Source: a virus (taxonomy: Duplodnaviria > Caudoviricetes). Taken from it: 24,069 nucleotides of DNA. Numbering within the stretch: the first letter of the stretch is position 1; every line of letters starts with the position of its first letter. Location: positions 1 through 24,069 of IMG/VR virus record IMGVR_UViG_3300020044_000807. One strand, given 5' to 3'. The position numbers and the translations under genes are program-made. This document shows, piece after piece, positions 1 to 7,042 of this stretch. Below the pieces are notes generated by a model. It ran no database searches. It worked only from the letters and a program-made list of their open reading frames with translations, and had not been told where the DNA came from.

Positions 1-50
1 GTTGCTAATTGGTAACGTTCTATTACTTCGTTTACGTTTTCTATTTTCAT
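1..50 (-). CDS. 5' part of a second copy of the DnaA C-terminal-like HTH protein (runs off the window)
   Basis: ATG at 50-48 reads MKIENVNEVIERYQLA, identical to the N-terminus of 486..875. Confidence 0.8.
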   Translation of the reverse strand, partial: MKIENVNEVIERYQLA

Positions 51-235
51 TTTAAATCTTGTTTTAAGCGTTCTAAATAAAGTATGCCATCCATTAACTC
101 ATCTTGTGCGTGTTCAATCCAATCAAGCGTGCTTAAATCGGTTCTTTCAAGTGTTACTCCGTACTTCTTTAAACCATCGTCTGCACGTTTCTCAAACTTT
201 TTAATTACGTTTAATACTATTCTATCTATTTTCAT
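47..235 (-). CDS. Small MazG-like/all-alpha NTP pyrophosphohydrolase-like protein (copy 1)
   Basis: GLKKYG...W.EHAQDELMD.ILYL pattern; 60/62 aa identical to 872..1060. Confidence 0.6.
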   Translation of the reverse strand: MKIDRIVLNVIKKFEKRADDGLKKYGVTLERTDLSTLDWIEHAQDELMDGILYLERLKQDLK

Positions 236-287
236 AACTTTAAATATATTTTACAATTTCTTGTGTTTATGTAAATTGTATTTTGTT

Positions 288-418
288 TTAAATTTCGTCT
301 TCATCCCAAACTTCTACTTCTCCGCTTCCCTCGCATTCTGGACATTCTACAATTTCCGTACATCCACCGCAACAATTCCAAGCTGGCTGGTCGCAATCTT
401 TGTCTACTTCAATTCTGC
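288..418 (-). pseudogene. 5'-truncated copy of the Cys-rich zinc-finger gene
   Basis: Reads RIEVDKDCDQPAWNCCGGCTEIVECPECEGSGEVEVWDEDEI*; the frame is closed upstream by TAA at 428-426 with no start codon. Confidence 0.8.
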
Positions 419-442
419 TTGAATGTTAATTAAATTTTTCAT
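404..442 (-). pseudogene. Truncated N-terminus of a probable ERF-family ssDNA-annealing recombinase
   Basis: A good Bacteroidota-type start context precedes MKNLINIQAELK*. This resembles the ERF N-terminal L..IQ.ELK motif; the stop falls just past the junction with the repeat copy. Confidence 0.45.
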
Positions 443-485
443 TTTCTTAGTTTTAAATTGTTAATAATTTCTGTAAATATAAACA

Positions 486-875
486 TTATTCTTTAATTGA
501 TAACTTTTTAATCAATTTATTTTTTACCTCCCAAAACTGGTGTATGTTATTAGCGTCTAAAATATCAAGTTCAATATCTGTTAACTGCAATTTGCTTTCA
601 GGTTCAATATCACAAATAGCTAAATTCAACTCTTGCTCAATTCGTGTGTTTAGTTCTTGAAAATCTTGATACTTTATATTTGTAGTGTAACATCTCAATC
701 CGTGCAAGATTGTTGCGTGATTCTTGTTAAATAGTTTACCAATTTGTGCCAAAGTCCATTTGTCATTTCTAAGCTGCGTGTACATAATTGAACGGATATA
801 TACTAATACTCTTGCTCTGTTTGGTGTTGCTAATTGGTAACGTTCTATTACCTCGTTTACGTTTTCTATTTTCAT
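486..875 (-). CDS. DnaA C-terminal (domain IV)-like helix-turn-helix DNA-binding protein
   Basis: TLAQIGKLFNKNHATILHG matches the DnaA domain IV signature SL..IG..F..RDHTTV.HA. Confidence 0.7.
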   Translation of the reverse strand: MKIENVNEVIERYQLATPNRARVLVYIRSIMYTQLRNDKWTLAQIGKLFNKNHATILHGLRCYTTNIKYQDFQELNTRIEQELNLAICDIEPESKLQLTDIELDILDANNIHQFWEVKNKLIKKLSIKE

Positions 876-1252
876 TTTAAATCTTGTTTTAAGCGTTCTA
901 AATAAAGTATGCCATCCATTAACTCATCTTGTGCGTGTTCAATCCATTCAAGCGTGCTTAAATCGGTTCTTTCAAGTGTTACTCCGTACTTCTTTAAACC
1001 TTCGTCTGCACGTTTCTCAAATTTCTTAATTACGTTTAATACTATTCTATCTATTTTCATAACTTTAAATATATTTTACAATTTAGTGTGTTTATGTAAA
1101 TTGTATTTTGTTTTAAATTTCATCTTCATCCCATTCTTCTTCTATTTCAACTTCTCCGCTTCCTTCACATTCTGGACATTCAATCACTTCTGTACATCCA
1201 CCGCAACAATTCCAAGCTGGTTGAAAGCAATCAGTAGATACTTCTATTCTGC
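826..1252. repeat. Intact-context copy of the region duplicated at 1-418
   Basis: Direct alignment to 1-418; all genes here are complete. Confidence 0.95.
872..1060 (-). CDS. Small MazG-like/all-alpha NTP pyrophosphohydrolase-like protein (copy 2)
   Basis: GLKKYG...EWIEHAQDELMDGILYL acidic helix motif typical of small phage MazG-like proteins. Confidence 0.6.
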   Translation of the reverse strand: MKIDRIVLNVIKKFEKRADEGLKKYGVTLERTDLSTLEWIEHAQDELMDGILYLERLKQDLK

Positions 1253-1289
1253 CTTTACCTTCGCATTGTTTACATTCTACTTCTATCAT
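1113..1289 (-). CDS. 58-aa DnaJ-type Cys-rich zinc-finger protein (not in ORF track)
   Basis: MIEVECKQCEGKGRIEVSTDCFQPAWNCCGGCTEVIECPECEGSGEVEIEEEWDEDEI: two CxxCxGxG repeats; ATGA overlap with the upstream gene. Confidence 0.85.
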   Translation of the reverse strand: MIEVECKQCEGKGRIEVSTDCFQPAWNCCGGCTEVIECPECEGSGEVEIEEEWDEDEI

Positions 1290-1504
1290 ACTGCTAAAAT
1301 TTCTTGTTTAACTTCTTGCCAATAATTTATTTGAATTGAAAATCCATCTGTTTTTAAATAATTCAATATCTCATCAACTGCTATTAATGCACATTGTTTG
1401 AGTGTTGCATTAAGCAATGCTTCGCTTGGTGGAATGCAACCATTTCTATCAAATGGATTAGAATATTTATCTACTAATTCTTTTGCTTTTTCTTTTGGTG
1501 TCAT
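1286..1504 (-). CDS. Hypothetical phage protein (MTPKEKAKEL...CALIAVDEIL...YWQEVKQEI type)
   Basis: ATGA-coupled at both ends; motif pattern recalled from Bacteroidota phage hypotheticals. Confidence 0.8.
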   Translation of the reverse strand: MTPKEKAKELVDKYSNPFDRNGCIPPSEALLNATLKQCALIAVDEILNYLKTDGFSIQINYWQEVKQEILAV

Positions 1505-1519
1505 ACTGCTAAAATTTCT
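1286..1519. repeat. 19-bp perfect direct repeat TCATACTGCTAAAATTTCT at 1286-1304 and 1501-1519
   Basis: Exact match, 215 bp apart; both flanking proteins end in EILAV. Confidence 0.95.
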
Positions 1520-1716
1520 GTTAATACTTTTATATATGCTTGTTCAATTCTTTCAAGTCCACGTTTGCAAGTGTCTATTCTGTTTAAGTGCTTTGCAATT
1601 ATGTTTGGGAATTGTGTGTAATATTCTGTATCTGCTTTAATCCAATCAATTCTTGCTTTCATATCTTGGTGCATCTGCATCAAATTACTTGCTTTGTTAT
1701 GTAGTTTATAGTTCAT
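1501..1716 (-). CDS. Hypothetical helical protein
   Basis: ORF with ATGA overlaps to both neighbours. Confidence 0.75.
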   Translation of the reverse strand: MNYKLHNKASNLMQMHQDMKARIDWIKADTEYYTQFPNIIAKHLNRIDTCKRGLERIEQAYIKVLTEILAV

Positions 1717-1895
1717 CGTTTCTCATTTAAATTGTTTAACTTAATTTCTCGTATTCTGTTTAATCTTTGCACATCAAACGTAGTAAAAAATTGCTTTCTG
1801 ATAGCATCGTTAATGTGGTTGCCTTTTGGTACGTACTCATTCTCAATTGTAGTAGGTACATAGTTAGGGTTAAATGTGTTGTGTAATGTTTTCAT
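1713..1895 (-). CDS. Hypothetical early protein
   Basis: First ORF after the host-type promoter at 1919-1948; A-rich start context. Confidence 0.75.
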   Translation of the reverse strand: MKTLHNTFNPNYVPTTIENEYVPKGNHINDAIRKQFFTTFDVQRLNRIREIKLNNLNEKR

Positions 1896-1918
1896 TGTTT
1901 AAAATTTAAAAGTTTTGA

Positions 1919-1948
1919 CAAATCTACATATAATGTTTATATATACAA
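1919..1948 (-). promoter_or_regulatory. Bacteroidota sigmaA-type early promoter
   Basis: Minus strand TTG-N19-TAGATTTG matches the -33/-7 (TTTG / TAnnTTTG) consensus. Confidence 0.8.
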
Positions 1949-2002
1949 TACTTTTTAACAATTATTTTTAGTTTCCCAATGTTTACAATACTTTCAGGGC
2001 AT

Positions 2003-2029
2003 AAAAAAAGTGGAGATTTCTCCCCACTT
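2003..2029 (-). terminator. Intrinsic terminator
   Basis: AAGUGGGGA-GAAA-UCUCCACUU stem (one GU pair, GNRA loop) followed by a U run. Confidence 0.85.
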
Positions 2030-2082
2030 CTAACAATTAAACTAAAAAACTATGAAAATTCACTAAACAGAATAAGCGAATC
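2003..2082 (-). ncRNA. Candidate ~80-nt small RNA
   Basis: TATATTTG -7 element at 2094-2087, an ORF-less U-rich body, then the terminator at 2029-2003. Confidence 0.45.
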
Positions 2083-2095
2083 GTTGCAAATATAA

Positions 2096-2872
2096 CTATT
2101 TTATGTTATTACGCATCTTAAATTGTATAAAATCCATATAAGTTTTGTTGTTTATAGTGAACTTTTTATTGCAAACTTGTCTGTCTGAACATTGCATTCT
2201 GTGTTGAATAGTTCCAGCAGATGTTGTATACATACTTTTGTAATGTGGTAACTTGCCACAATTCGGACATTCGAACTTTTCGCCACCTCTTAAAACTGCA
2301 TAGTTAACTTTGTGCTTTGTGTACGGTGCTAATCTTTCGTATACTTTCTCCAGTACTTTTACATCCATATCGCAGTATTCAACCATTCGTTTAAGTGCTT
2401 CATCATCTTTGTTAAAAATGATTGCTTTCCACATATCCATTCCTTCGTGTTTTAACTTTGCACCAACTCCAAGAAATTTAGCAATATAATCTAACTTATT
2501 TGAGTTAAAATTAAACTGGCTTTTAGCGTGTTTAAGCGTGTCAATAGTTTGGTATTGTGGAAACATATCTAATTGATGAAACAAGCAACGTGTACGCAAC
2601 CATTTAATATCGAATCTGTCGCCATTGTGAGCAACTATTTCATCTGCTTTGTTTAGTTCTTTTATAAACGCTTTTAAAAGTTTCTTATCGCATTGGTTTT
2701 CATCCCAAGTTAAGTTGTGAACCTCGTCTTTACCTTCCCATTTCCAACTCACACAAATTATAGCTCGTTCTTTAATAATATCGTCTGGTTGAATGTTTAA
2801 GTTGTAACCACTTCTCCAGAAAATACCAATATTAAACGATGTTTCGATGTCAAAAAACAATCTCTTTCTCAT
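2096..2872 (-). CDS. RNase H-like DEDD 3'-5' exonuclease (YprB/RNase_H_2-like) with C-terminal zinc ribbon
   Basis: FFDIET, AHNGDRFD and YCDMDV exonuclease motifs; CPNC...CSDRQVC. Confidence 0.85.
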   Translation of the reverse strand: MRKRLFFDIETSFNIGIFWRSGYNLNIQPDDIIKERAIICVSWKWEGKDEVHNLTWDENQCDKKLLKAFIKELNKADEIVAHNGDRFDIKWLRTRCLFHQLDMFPQYQTIDTLKHAKSQFNFNSNKLDYIAKFLGVGAKLKHEGMDMWKAIIFNKDDEALKRMVEYCDMDVKVLEKVYERLAPYTKHKVNYAVLRGGEKFECPNCGKLPHYKSMYTTSAGTIQHRMQCSDRQVCNKKFTINNKTYMDFIQFKMRNNIK

Positions 2873-2891
2873 AAATAAAATTTAAGTAAAT

Positions 2892-2915
2892 AAAAAAACC
2901 ACTATTAAAGTGGCT
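2892..2915 (-). terminator. Possible intrinsic terminator after the lysis cassette
   Basis: AGCCACU-UUAAU-AGUGGUU plus U run, overlapping the endolysin stop. Confidence 0.5.
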
Positions 2916-3357
2916 TGTAAGATATATATTGTGTTTTACCACCGATTATAATTGCTCTTAACGCTTGTTTTCGGTTGTTACCTTTTCTATAAGATATGTG
3001 AAACCAATTTGCGTGTGCATCGTTTCCAAACTCATAGATAGCTTGGTCAAATTCTACGTTTTTAAGAATCCAATCAAACAATTTTCTATTTGTTAATTCT
3101 AAATCAAACGCTTCTCCTTTTGTGTGTTGGCTACCAGACGCACCGCCTATTAACTTGTTTAACTGCTCACATCTAAAACCACTTGTAATTTTAATCGGTA
3201 CGTTTAAATGCTTTCTAAGTGGCTCAAATACATTCTCGCATAGTTGCATAGCTTTGTCAATTGCTATTAAACCCATTGAATTATTAATTCCTTTTTTAAT
3301 TGCAGTTGGAGAATAGCAAAATTCTTCCATTGTAACGTGTTTACTTAAAGTTTTCAT
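2905..3357 (-). CDS. Endolysin, peptidase M15A family
   Basis: SGFRC..LN..IGGA..SQH..GEAFD and WFHIS zinc-peptidase motifs. Confidence 0.9.
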   Translation of the reverse strand: MKTLSKHVTMEEFCYSPTAIKKGINNSMGLIAIDKAMQLCENVFEPLRKHLNVPIKITSGFRCEQLNKLIGGASGSQHTKGEAFDLELTNRKLFDWILKNVEFDQAIYEFGNDAHANWFHISYRKGNNRKQALRAIIIGGKTQYISYKPL

Positions 3358-3803
3358 AGTATTTTTGGCTTAAAGATAAACGAAATTATCGTAATGCAAA
3401 TTAAACCAATAACAATTAATAAAAGCGTATATGGAAATGGCTTAGTTTTAACACGGTATTCTTTGCGAACTTTGATTTTTTCAAGTCTAAGCGTATCTCG
3501 TTTAAGTTTATATTCTATTCTAATCTCTTGACGTGTTTTAGGCACGTATAAACGCTTGTACTGAATGATTGTGTCTTTAGTGGTAAAATACTTCTCAAAG
3601 TAAAAAGTGTCGTTTAAAACCACTTTAAATGAATCAATTGAAGCAATGCGAATTGTGTCACTTGTTTGCTCTAACTTTGCACCTTTTTTGTATGCTCTGT
3701 TAATATGCCATTTAGCCGAACAACCTGAAATGTAAAACGCTAAATAAATAACAATAAGCCAAAGTATCAGCATTGAGAATAAGTGCTTGAAATCTATTTT
3801 CAT
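3354..3803 (-). CDS. Lipoprotein with C-terminal TM helix, candidate unimolecular spanin
   Basis: Hydrophobic signal ending in lipobox ISGC; C-terminal YTLLLIVIGLICITIISFIF; lies between holin and endolysin. Confidence 0.6.
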   Translation of the reverse strand: MKIDFKHLFSMLILWLIVIYLAFYISGCSAKWHINRAYKKGAKLEQTSDTIRIASIDSFKVVLNDTFYFEKYFTTKDTIIQYKRLYVPKTRQEIRIEYKLKRDTLRLEKIKVRKEYRVKTKPFPYTLLLIVIGLICITIISFIFKPKIL

Positions 3804-4237
3804 TCTATTATTTTTTTCTTAACATTCTTTGCTTGTATAATCAGCTTTACAATTTTAGTTATAAACGAATAACCTTTTACCTTCTCAAACGATTCATCCA
3901 TACTTTTTACCTCAATACTAATCAGCATTAAAGCAATAACTTTAGTAGCTAAATAGTCAACACTAATAACTTCTTTTGTCAAGTAGTTTATAATAAAAAA
4001 GTCAGAAGCATAAACTAACATAATCGCACCAACGTAACTCATTAATTTTGGTACGAATCCGTGACGGAATGTTTTACTATTTACTTTCTCTTTTAACTTT
4101 GTCGCTTTCCAGATTCCAAAACAAGTATCTAAAATAGTGGATAAGGCAACTAATATTATAATGCCTTTAATTGGTGCAAAGAATAGAATTAAAACCTTTA
4201 AAAGTATAGCAGAATTTGATGCAATCAATCGAATCAT
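3800..4237 (-). CDS. Phage holin (holin_4_1-like)
   Basis: Three hydrophobic segments, LDT.FGIWKA and IEVKSMDE motifs, basic C-terminus, upstream of the endolysin. Confidence 0.8.
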   Translation of the reverse strand: MIRLIASNSAILLKVLILFFAPIKGIIILVALSTILDTCFGIWKATKLKEKVNSKTFRHGFVPKLMSYVGAIMLVYASDFFIINYLTKEVISVDYLATKVIALMLISIEVKSMDESFEKVKGYSFITKIVKLIIQAKNVKKKIIE

Positions 4238-4743
4238 ATAACCATTATTGAATCAGTGTAACCATTGTCTGCATTTCTTGTTGGTCTGATATCGCTATCT
4301 CTATTTAATACGCTTGTGAAGTTTGGAAACAAATCTCGTTCAGTATGCAAATAGTTAACCAAGCGTGCCTCGTAGAAAGAAGCCTTTTGTCCGTAGTGGT
4401 CTTGTGCAAATGCTACTTCGTTTTGACTAACTGAATTAGAGTAATCGCCATTCTGCAATTGCAAACCTTTATTTTTAAGCTGGTAAGATAAACCAAATAC
4501 TGCATCCTCAGCACTTCTCCACGCTACAATTGGTTGAATGTATGTTAAAAGAATTTCTTCGTTTGGCGACAATGTTTGTGCGTTGTACTTTGCTAAAATA
4601 TCATTATAAAAATACGTACCTAATATTGGCTGTATTCTTAAATCCGATTGAGTACGAATGTATGGCACAATATCGTTAACATCACAATTTGCCGTTATCG
4701 GTGTTTGTGTTTTTAAATAGTTCTCTGTAATAAAATATATCAT
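4234..4743 (-). CDS. Putative head-tail adaptor/connector protein
   Basis: Directly after the portal; IQPILGT.FY pattern recalled from Bacteroidota phage adaptors. Confidence 0.55.
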   Translation of the reverse strand: MIYFITENYLKTQTPITANCDVNDIVPYIRTQSDLRIQPILGTYFYNDILAKYNAQTLSPNEEILLTYIQPIVAWRSAEDAVFGLSYQLKNKGLQLQNGDYSNSVSQNEVAFAQDHYGQKASFYEARLVNYLHTERDLFPNFTSVLNRDSDIRPTRNADNGYTDSIMVI

Positions 4744-6038
4744 AGTTCAGTAGTTGTATCAGTTGATGGTTTTAATCCTATTAAATCTCTTAATTCGTCT
4801 GTTGTCATTGCTTCAATTATTTTAGTAGCTAAAGCTGGATTAACTGAATTAATAATGTTTGATATGTTTGAGATTTTCTCGTCAATTTCAACAATAGCCT
4901 CATTAACGATTTGATAGTTATTTATTACAAGTTCAGCTTTGACTTTTGCGATAGTTAAAATCTCGTTTACAATGTCTTCAATAACTTGACGCATTGGAAT
5001 GATTGTATTTTTTTCAAAGATTACATACGCTTGTTTAATATCAGAACCCGAACCAAGTTTTCCACTTACACGAATGCCCATTAAAATTGGGTCTATTGTA
5101 TGTGCTTGACAAATCTTACTATCAATGCTTTCTGTCGTTACTTGAAATACGTTATCTAAGTTGTTTGTTGGTATAGATTCAATCGTAGGTAACTGGTCTT
5201 TATTGTTGGCAAAGAATGCAACTGCTTTTCCAGCATTTTGAGCACCTTTTGCACGTTCTATTGTGTCTCTAATCGCTTTCTTTTCTTCCTCTCCTTGTGG
5301 TTTCTTTGGGAACATCATAGCAAATGAAGGAAAGATTGAGTTTAAAATGTTTGACTTTTGTAAGTAACTCATTTCGCCATCTAAAAAAGCCCAGTTAAAA
5401 GCACTTGTGTAGCTTGGCAATGGATAAACGTCTTGACCTACTTGTAAATTCTCATAAACATATAACTGCTCTACGTCTGTACATTCTTTATGGTAGCGTT
5501 TAATCTGTCTAATATCAATTTGAGAACTCCAGTCATCACAAATAGAGTAATAAACTCCATCTTTGTCACGTCTTACTTTCTCCGCACCAATAGATTTAAT
5601 ACCAACCAAGTCGCCAAGTGAATTAAAACGCAAAATAAAGTATTTTCTGTTGTGTAAAAGAACGTCTTTAGTAATTGACTGCAAAGAACGTCTTAAATTC
5701 AAACGTCTTTCAATTGCATAAACATCTACTTTGTCCATCGCACTTGCTTTCTCGTCAATCTTTAATTCATAACCACCACCGATAATTGCGTTAGTTTTAA
5801 AATCCACAATTGACGAGTGTAATGGACTTGTATAATAAAGTTGGTTAATTAGTTGAGGATATAAATTGTCGTCTCCAAATCTAATATAACCATTAGTTTG
5901 TTGCCTTGCGTTTACATACGGCAAACTTAAATTGCCACCCCTAACTTTTAAGAATGGTGTTGAGAAAGATTGATAGCTTGACGTTTCAGTCATTTCTACG
6001 CTTGTACTCTTTCCGATGTTAAAACCAAATAATTTCAT
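4740..6038 (-). CDS. Portal protein
   Basis: FGDDNLYPQ, SPLHSSIV, YPLPSY, GAQNAGK, ICQAH.IDPILMG motifs; 432 aa. Confidence 0.85.
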   Translation of the reverse strand: MKLFGFNIGKSTSVEMTETSSYQSFSTPFLKVRGGNLSLPYVNARQQTNGYIRFGDDNLYPQLINQLYYTSPLHSSIVDFKTNAIIGGGYELKIDEKASAMDKVDVYAIERRLNLRRSLQSITKDVLLHNRKYFILRFNSLGDLVGIKSIGAEKVRRDKDGVYYSICDDWSSQIDIRQIKRYHKECTDVEQLYVYENLQVGQDVYPLPSYTSAFNWAFLDGEMSYLQKSNILNSIFPSFAMMFPKKPQGEEEKKAIRDTIERAKGAQNAGKAVAFFANNKDQLPTIESIPTNNLDNVFQVTTESIDSKICQAHTIDPILMGIRVSGKLGSGSDIKQAYVIFEKNTIIPMRQVIEDIVNEILTIAKVKAELVINNYQIVNEAIVEIDEKISNISNIINSVNPALATKIIEAMTTDELRDLIGLKPSTDTTTEL

Positions 6039-6370
6039 TCGTAAATTGAATTAATAACTACTCCAGAAACAACCATTCGCCCTTCTTCAACTGCATTTAA
6101 TCCAGTTTCAATAATAGGTAAAGTCTCACTTTCGTAGATTGTATATGTATATTGCCCAATGTTAAACGAATCGCTTGTCGTTTCATCCATTAAGAATAAG
6201 TTATATCTGTCTATGTGTTCCGAAATATCAGTGCCAACCCAAAGAATAGGCTCACTTGCTTTGTTAAATTCGTTTTGAAATACGAATAAATAATATGGGT
6301 CTGTAATTGTTGAAGACTCAGTCAAAGTCAAACAAATTTTATTCTCTTGATTTTGTTCAATGTAAATCAT
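6035..6370 (-). CDS. Small virion structural protein (beta-rich)
   Basis: GQYTYTIYE...VEEGRM pattern; first gene after a late-promoter motif, coupled to the portal. Confidence 0.55.
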   Translation of the reverse strand: MIYIEQNQENKICLTLTESSTITDPYYLFVFQNEFNKASEPILWVGTDISEHIDRYNLFLMDETTSDSFNIGQYTYTIYESETLPIIETGLNAVEEGRMVVSGVVINSIYE

Positions 6371-6373
6371 AAC

Positions 6374-6402
6374 TATATTGTGTTAAATTACAAAAATGTT
6401 TA
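6374..6402 (-). promoter_or_regulatory. Putative phage-sigma late promoter 1
   Basis: TAAACA-N15-ACAATATA, 3 nt before the ATG at 6370. Confidence 0.75.
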
Positions 6403-6406
6403 AAAC

Positions 6407-6436
6407 AAAAAAACCCCCACCAATTAAGATGAGGGA
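6407..6436 (-). terminator. Intrinsic terminator after the tail tube gene
   Basis: CCCUCAUC-UUAAUU-GGUGGGGG stem followed by U7. Confidence 0.75.
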
Positions 6437-6458
6437 ATTTTGAAAGTGCTAAAAGAAA

Positions 6459-6971
6459 TTAGTCAATTAAACCAGCGATGATATCCGCATCTACTTCTTT
6501 TGCTAAGTATAAATTCTCTGCAAGTAATACTACGGAATAAGAAGAACCATCAGCTTTCGCCGTTCCAGAACCTTCAGTTACCGCAGACAATTGAGCATTT
6601 GGGAAATACCAATACTTCTCGTTTGCGTCTTTAATGATAACCGCTAAGTCTCTTTGTCCTTCTCCTAAGATTTTCAATGAACGAGATTTTGAAGCCTCAC
6701 GTCTTGAGAACATTAAAGTAATTGTAGCAGTTACGAATTGTGAACCTTTCACTAAGTCGTTAGATTCTTCTTCTGTGTAGTTACCTGAGTTTCTACGGAT
6801 TTCAAAAGGGAAGAAACCAGAACCAGTAGTTGTCATTGCATCAATTGTCCAAGTCGCATCAGTTTCTGTAATAGTAGTGATGTTTGCTTGGTCATTAATT
6901 AATACTTGAGTAATCCCACCGATGTTAGCATCGCATCCTTTTGTTATTGATGTAAGTGTTGTACAAGCCAT
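6459..6971 (-). CDS. Putative major tail (tube) protein
   Basis: MAC....ITKGC....GGI start, IIKDANEKYW, GSGTAKAD.S.YSV; follows the major capsid gene. Confidence 0.65.
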   Translation of the reverse strand: MACTTLTSITKGCDANIGGITQVLINDQANITTITETDATWTIDAMTTTGSGFFPFEIRRNSGNYTEEESNDLVKGSQFVTATITLMFSRREASKSRSLKILGEGQRDLAVIIKDANEKYWYFPNAQLSAVTEGSGTAKADGSSYSVVLLAENLYLAKEVDADIIAGLID

Positions 6972-6987
6972 TTTGTATATATTTTAC

Positions 6988-7020
6988 AAAAAAAAAGGTG
7001 GCGTTTATTGCACCACCCTT
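6988..7020 (-). terminator. Intrinsic terminator after the major capsid gene
   Basis: GGUGGUG-CAAUAAA-CGCCACC stem followed by U9. Confidence 0.8.
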
Positions 7021-7042
7021 TCTTTTAAATTAGTAATTATTC

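Larger units (their letters stand above)
1..418. repeat. Diverged direct copy of 826-1252
   Basis: Aligns to 826-1252 at offset 825; only a few substitutions over the first ~290 nt, more diverged with a net 9-nt indel in the last ~130 nt. Confidence 0.95.

Noticed and set aside
271-300. Late-promoter-like AGACG-N16-ACAATTT (and its copy near 1096-1125)
   Set aside because: Spacer is 16, both boxes mismatch, and the second copy is further degraded.
1-1252. Duplicated region as a DGR template/variable repeat pair
   Set aside because: Differences are not adenine-specific in either direction, include an indel and span several genes; no reverse transcriptase in the window.
84-1640. Plus-strand ORFs 84..422, 909..1325 and 1398..1640
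   Set aside because: Antisense shadows of coupled minus-strand genes; substitutions between the copies look selected on the minus-strand frames.
2925-2955. Isolated ACAATAT half-site in the endolysin 3' end (also near 17712 and 21604)
   Set aside because: No AAACR box 15 nt upstream.
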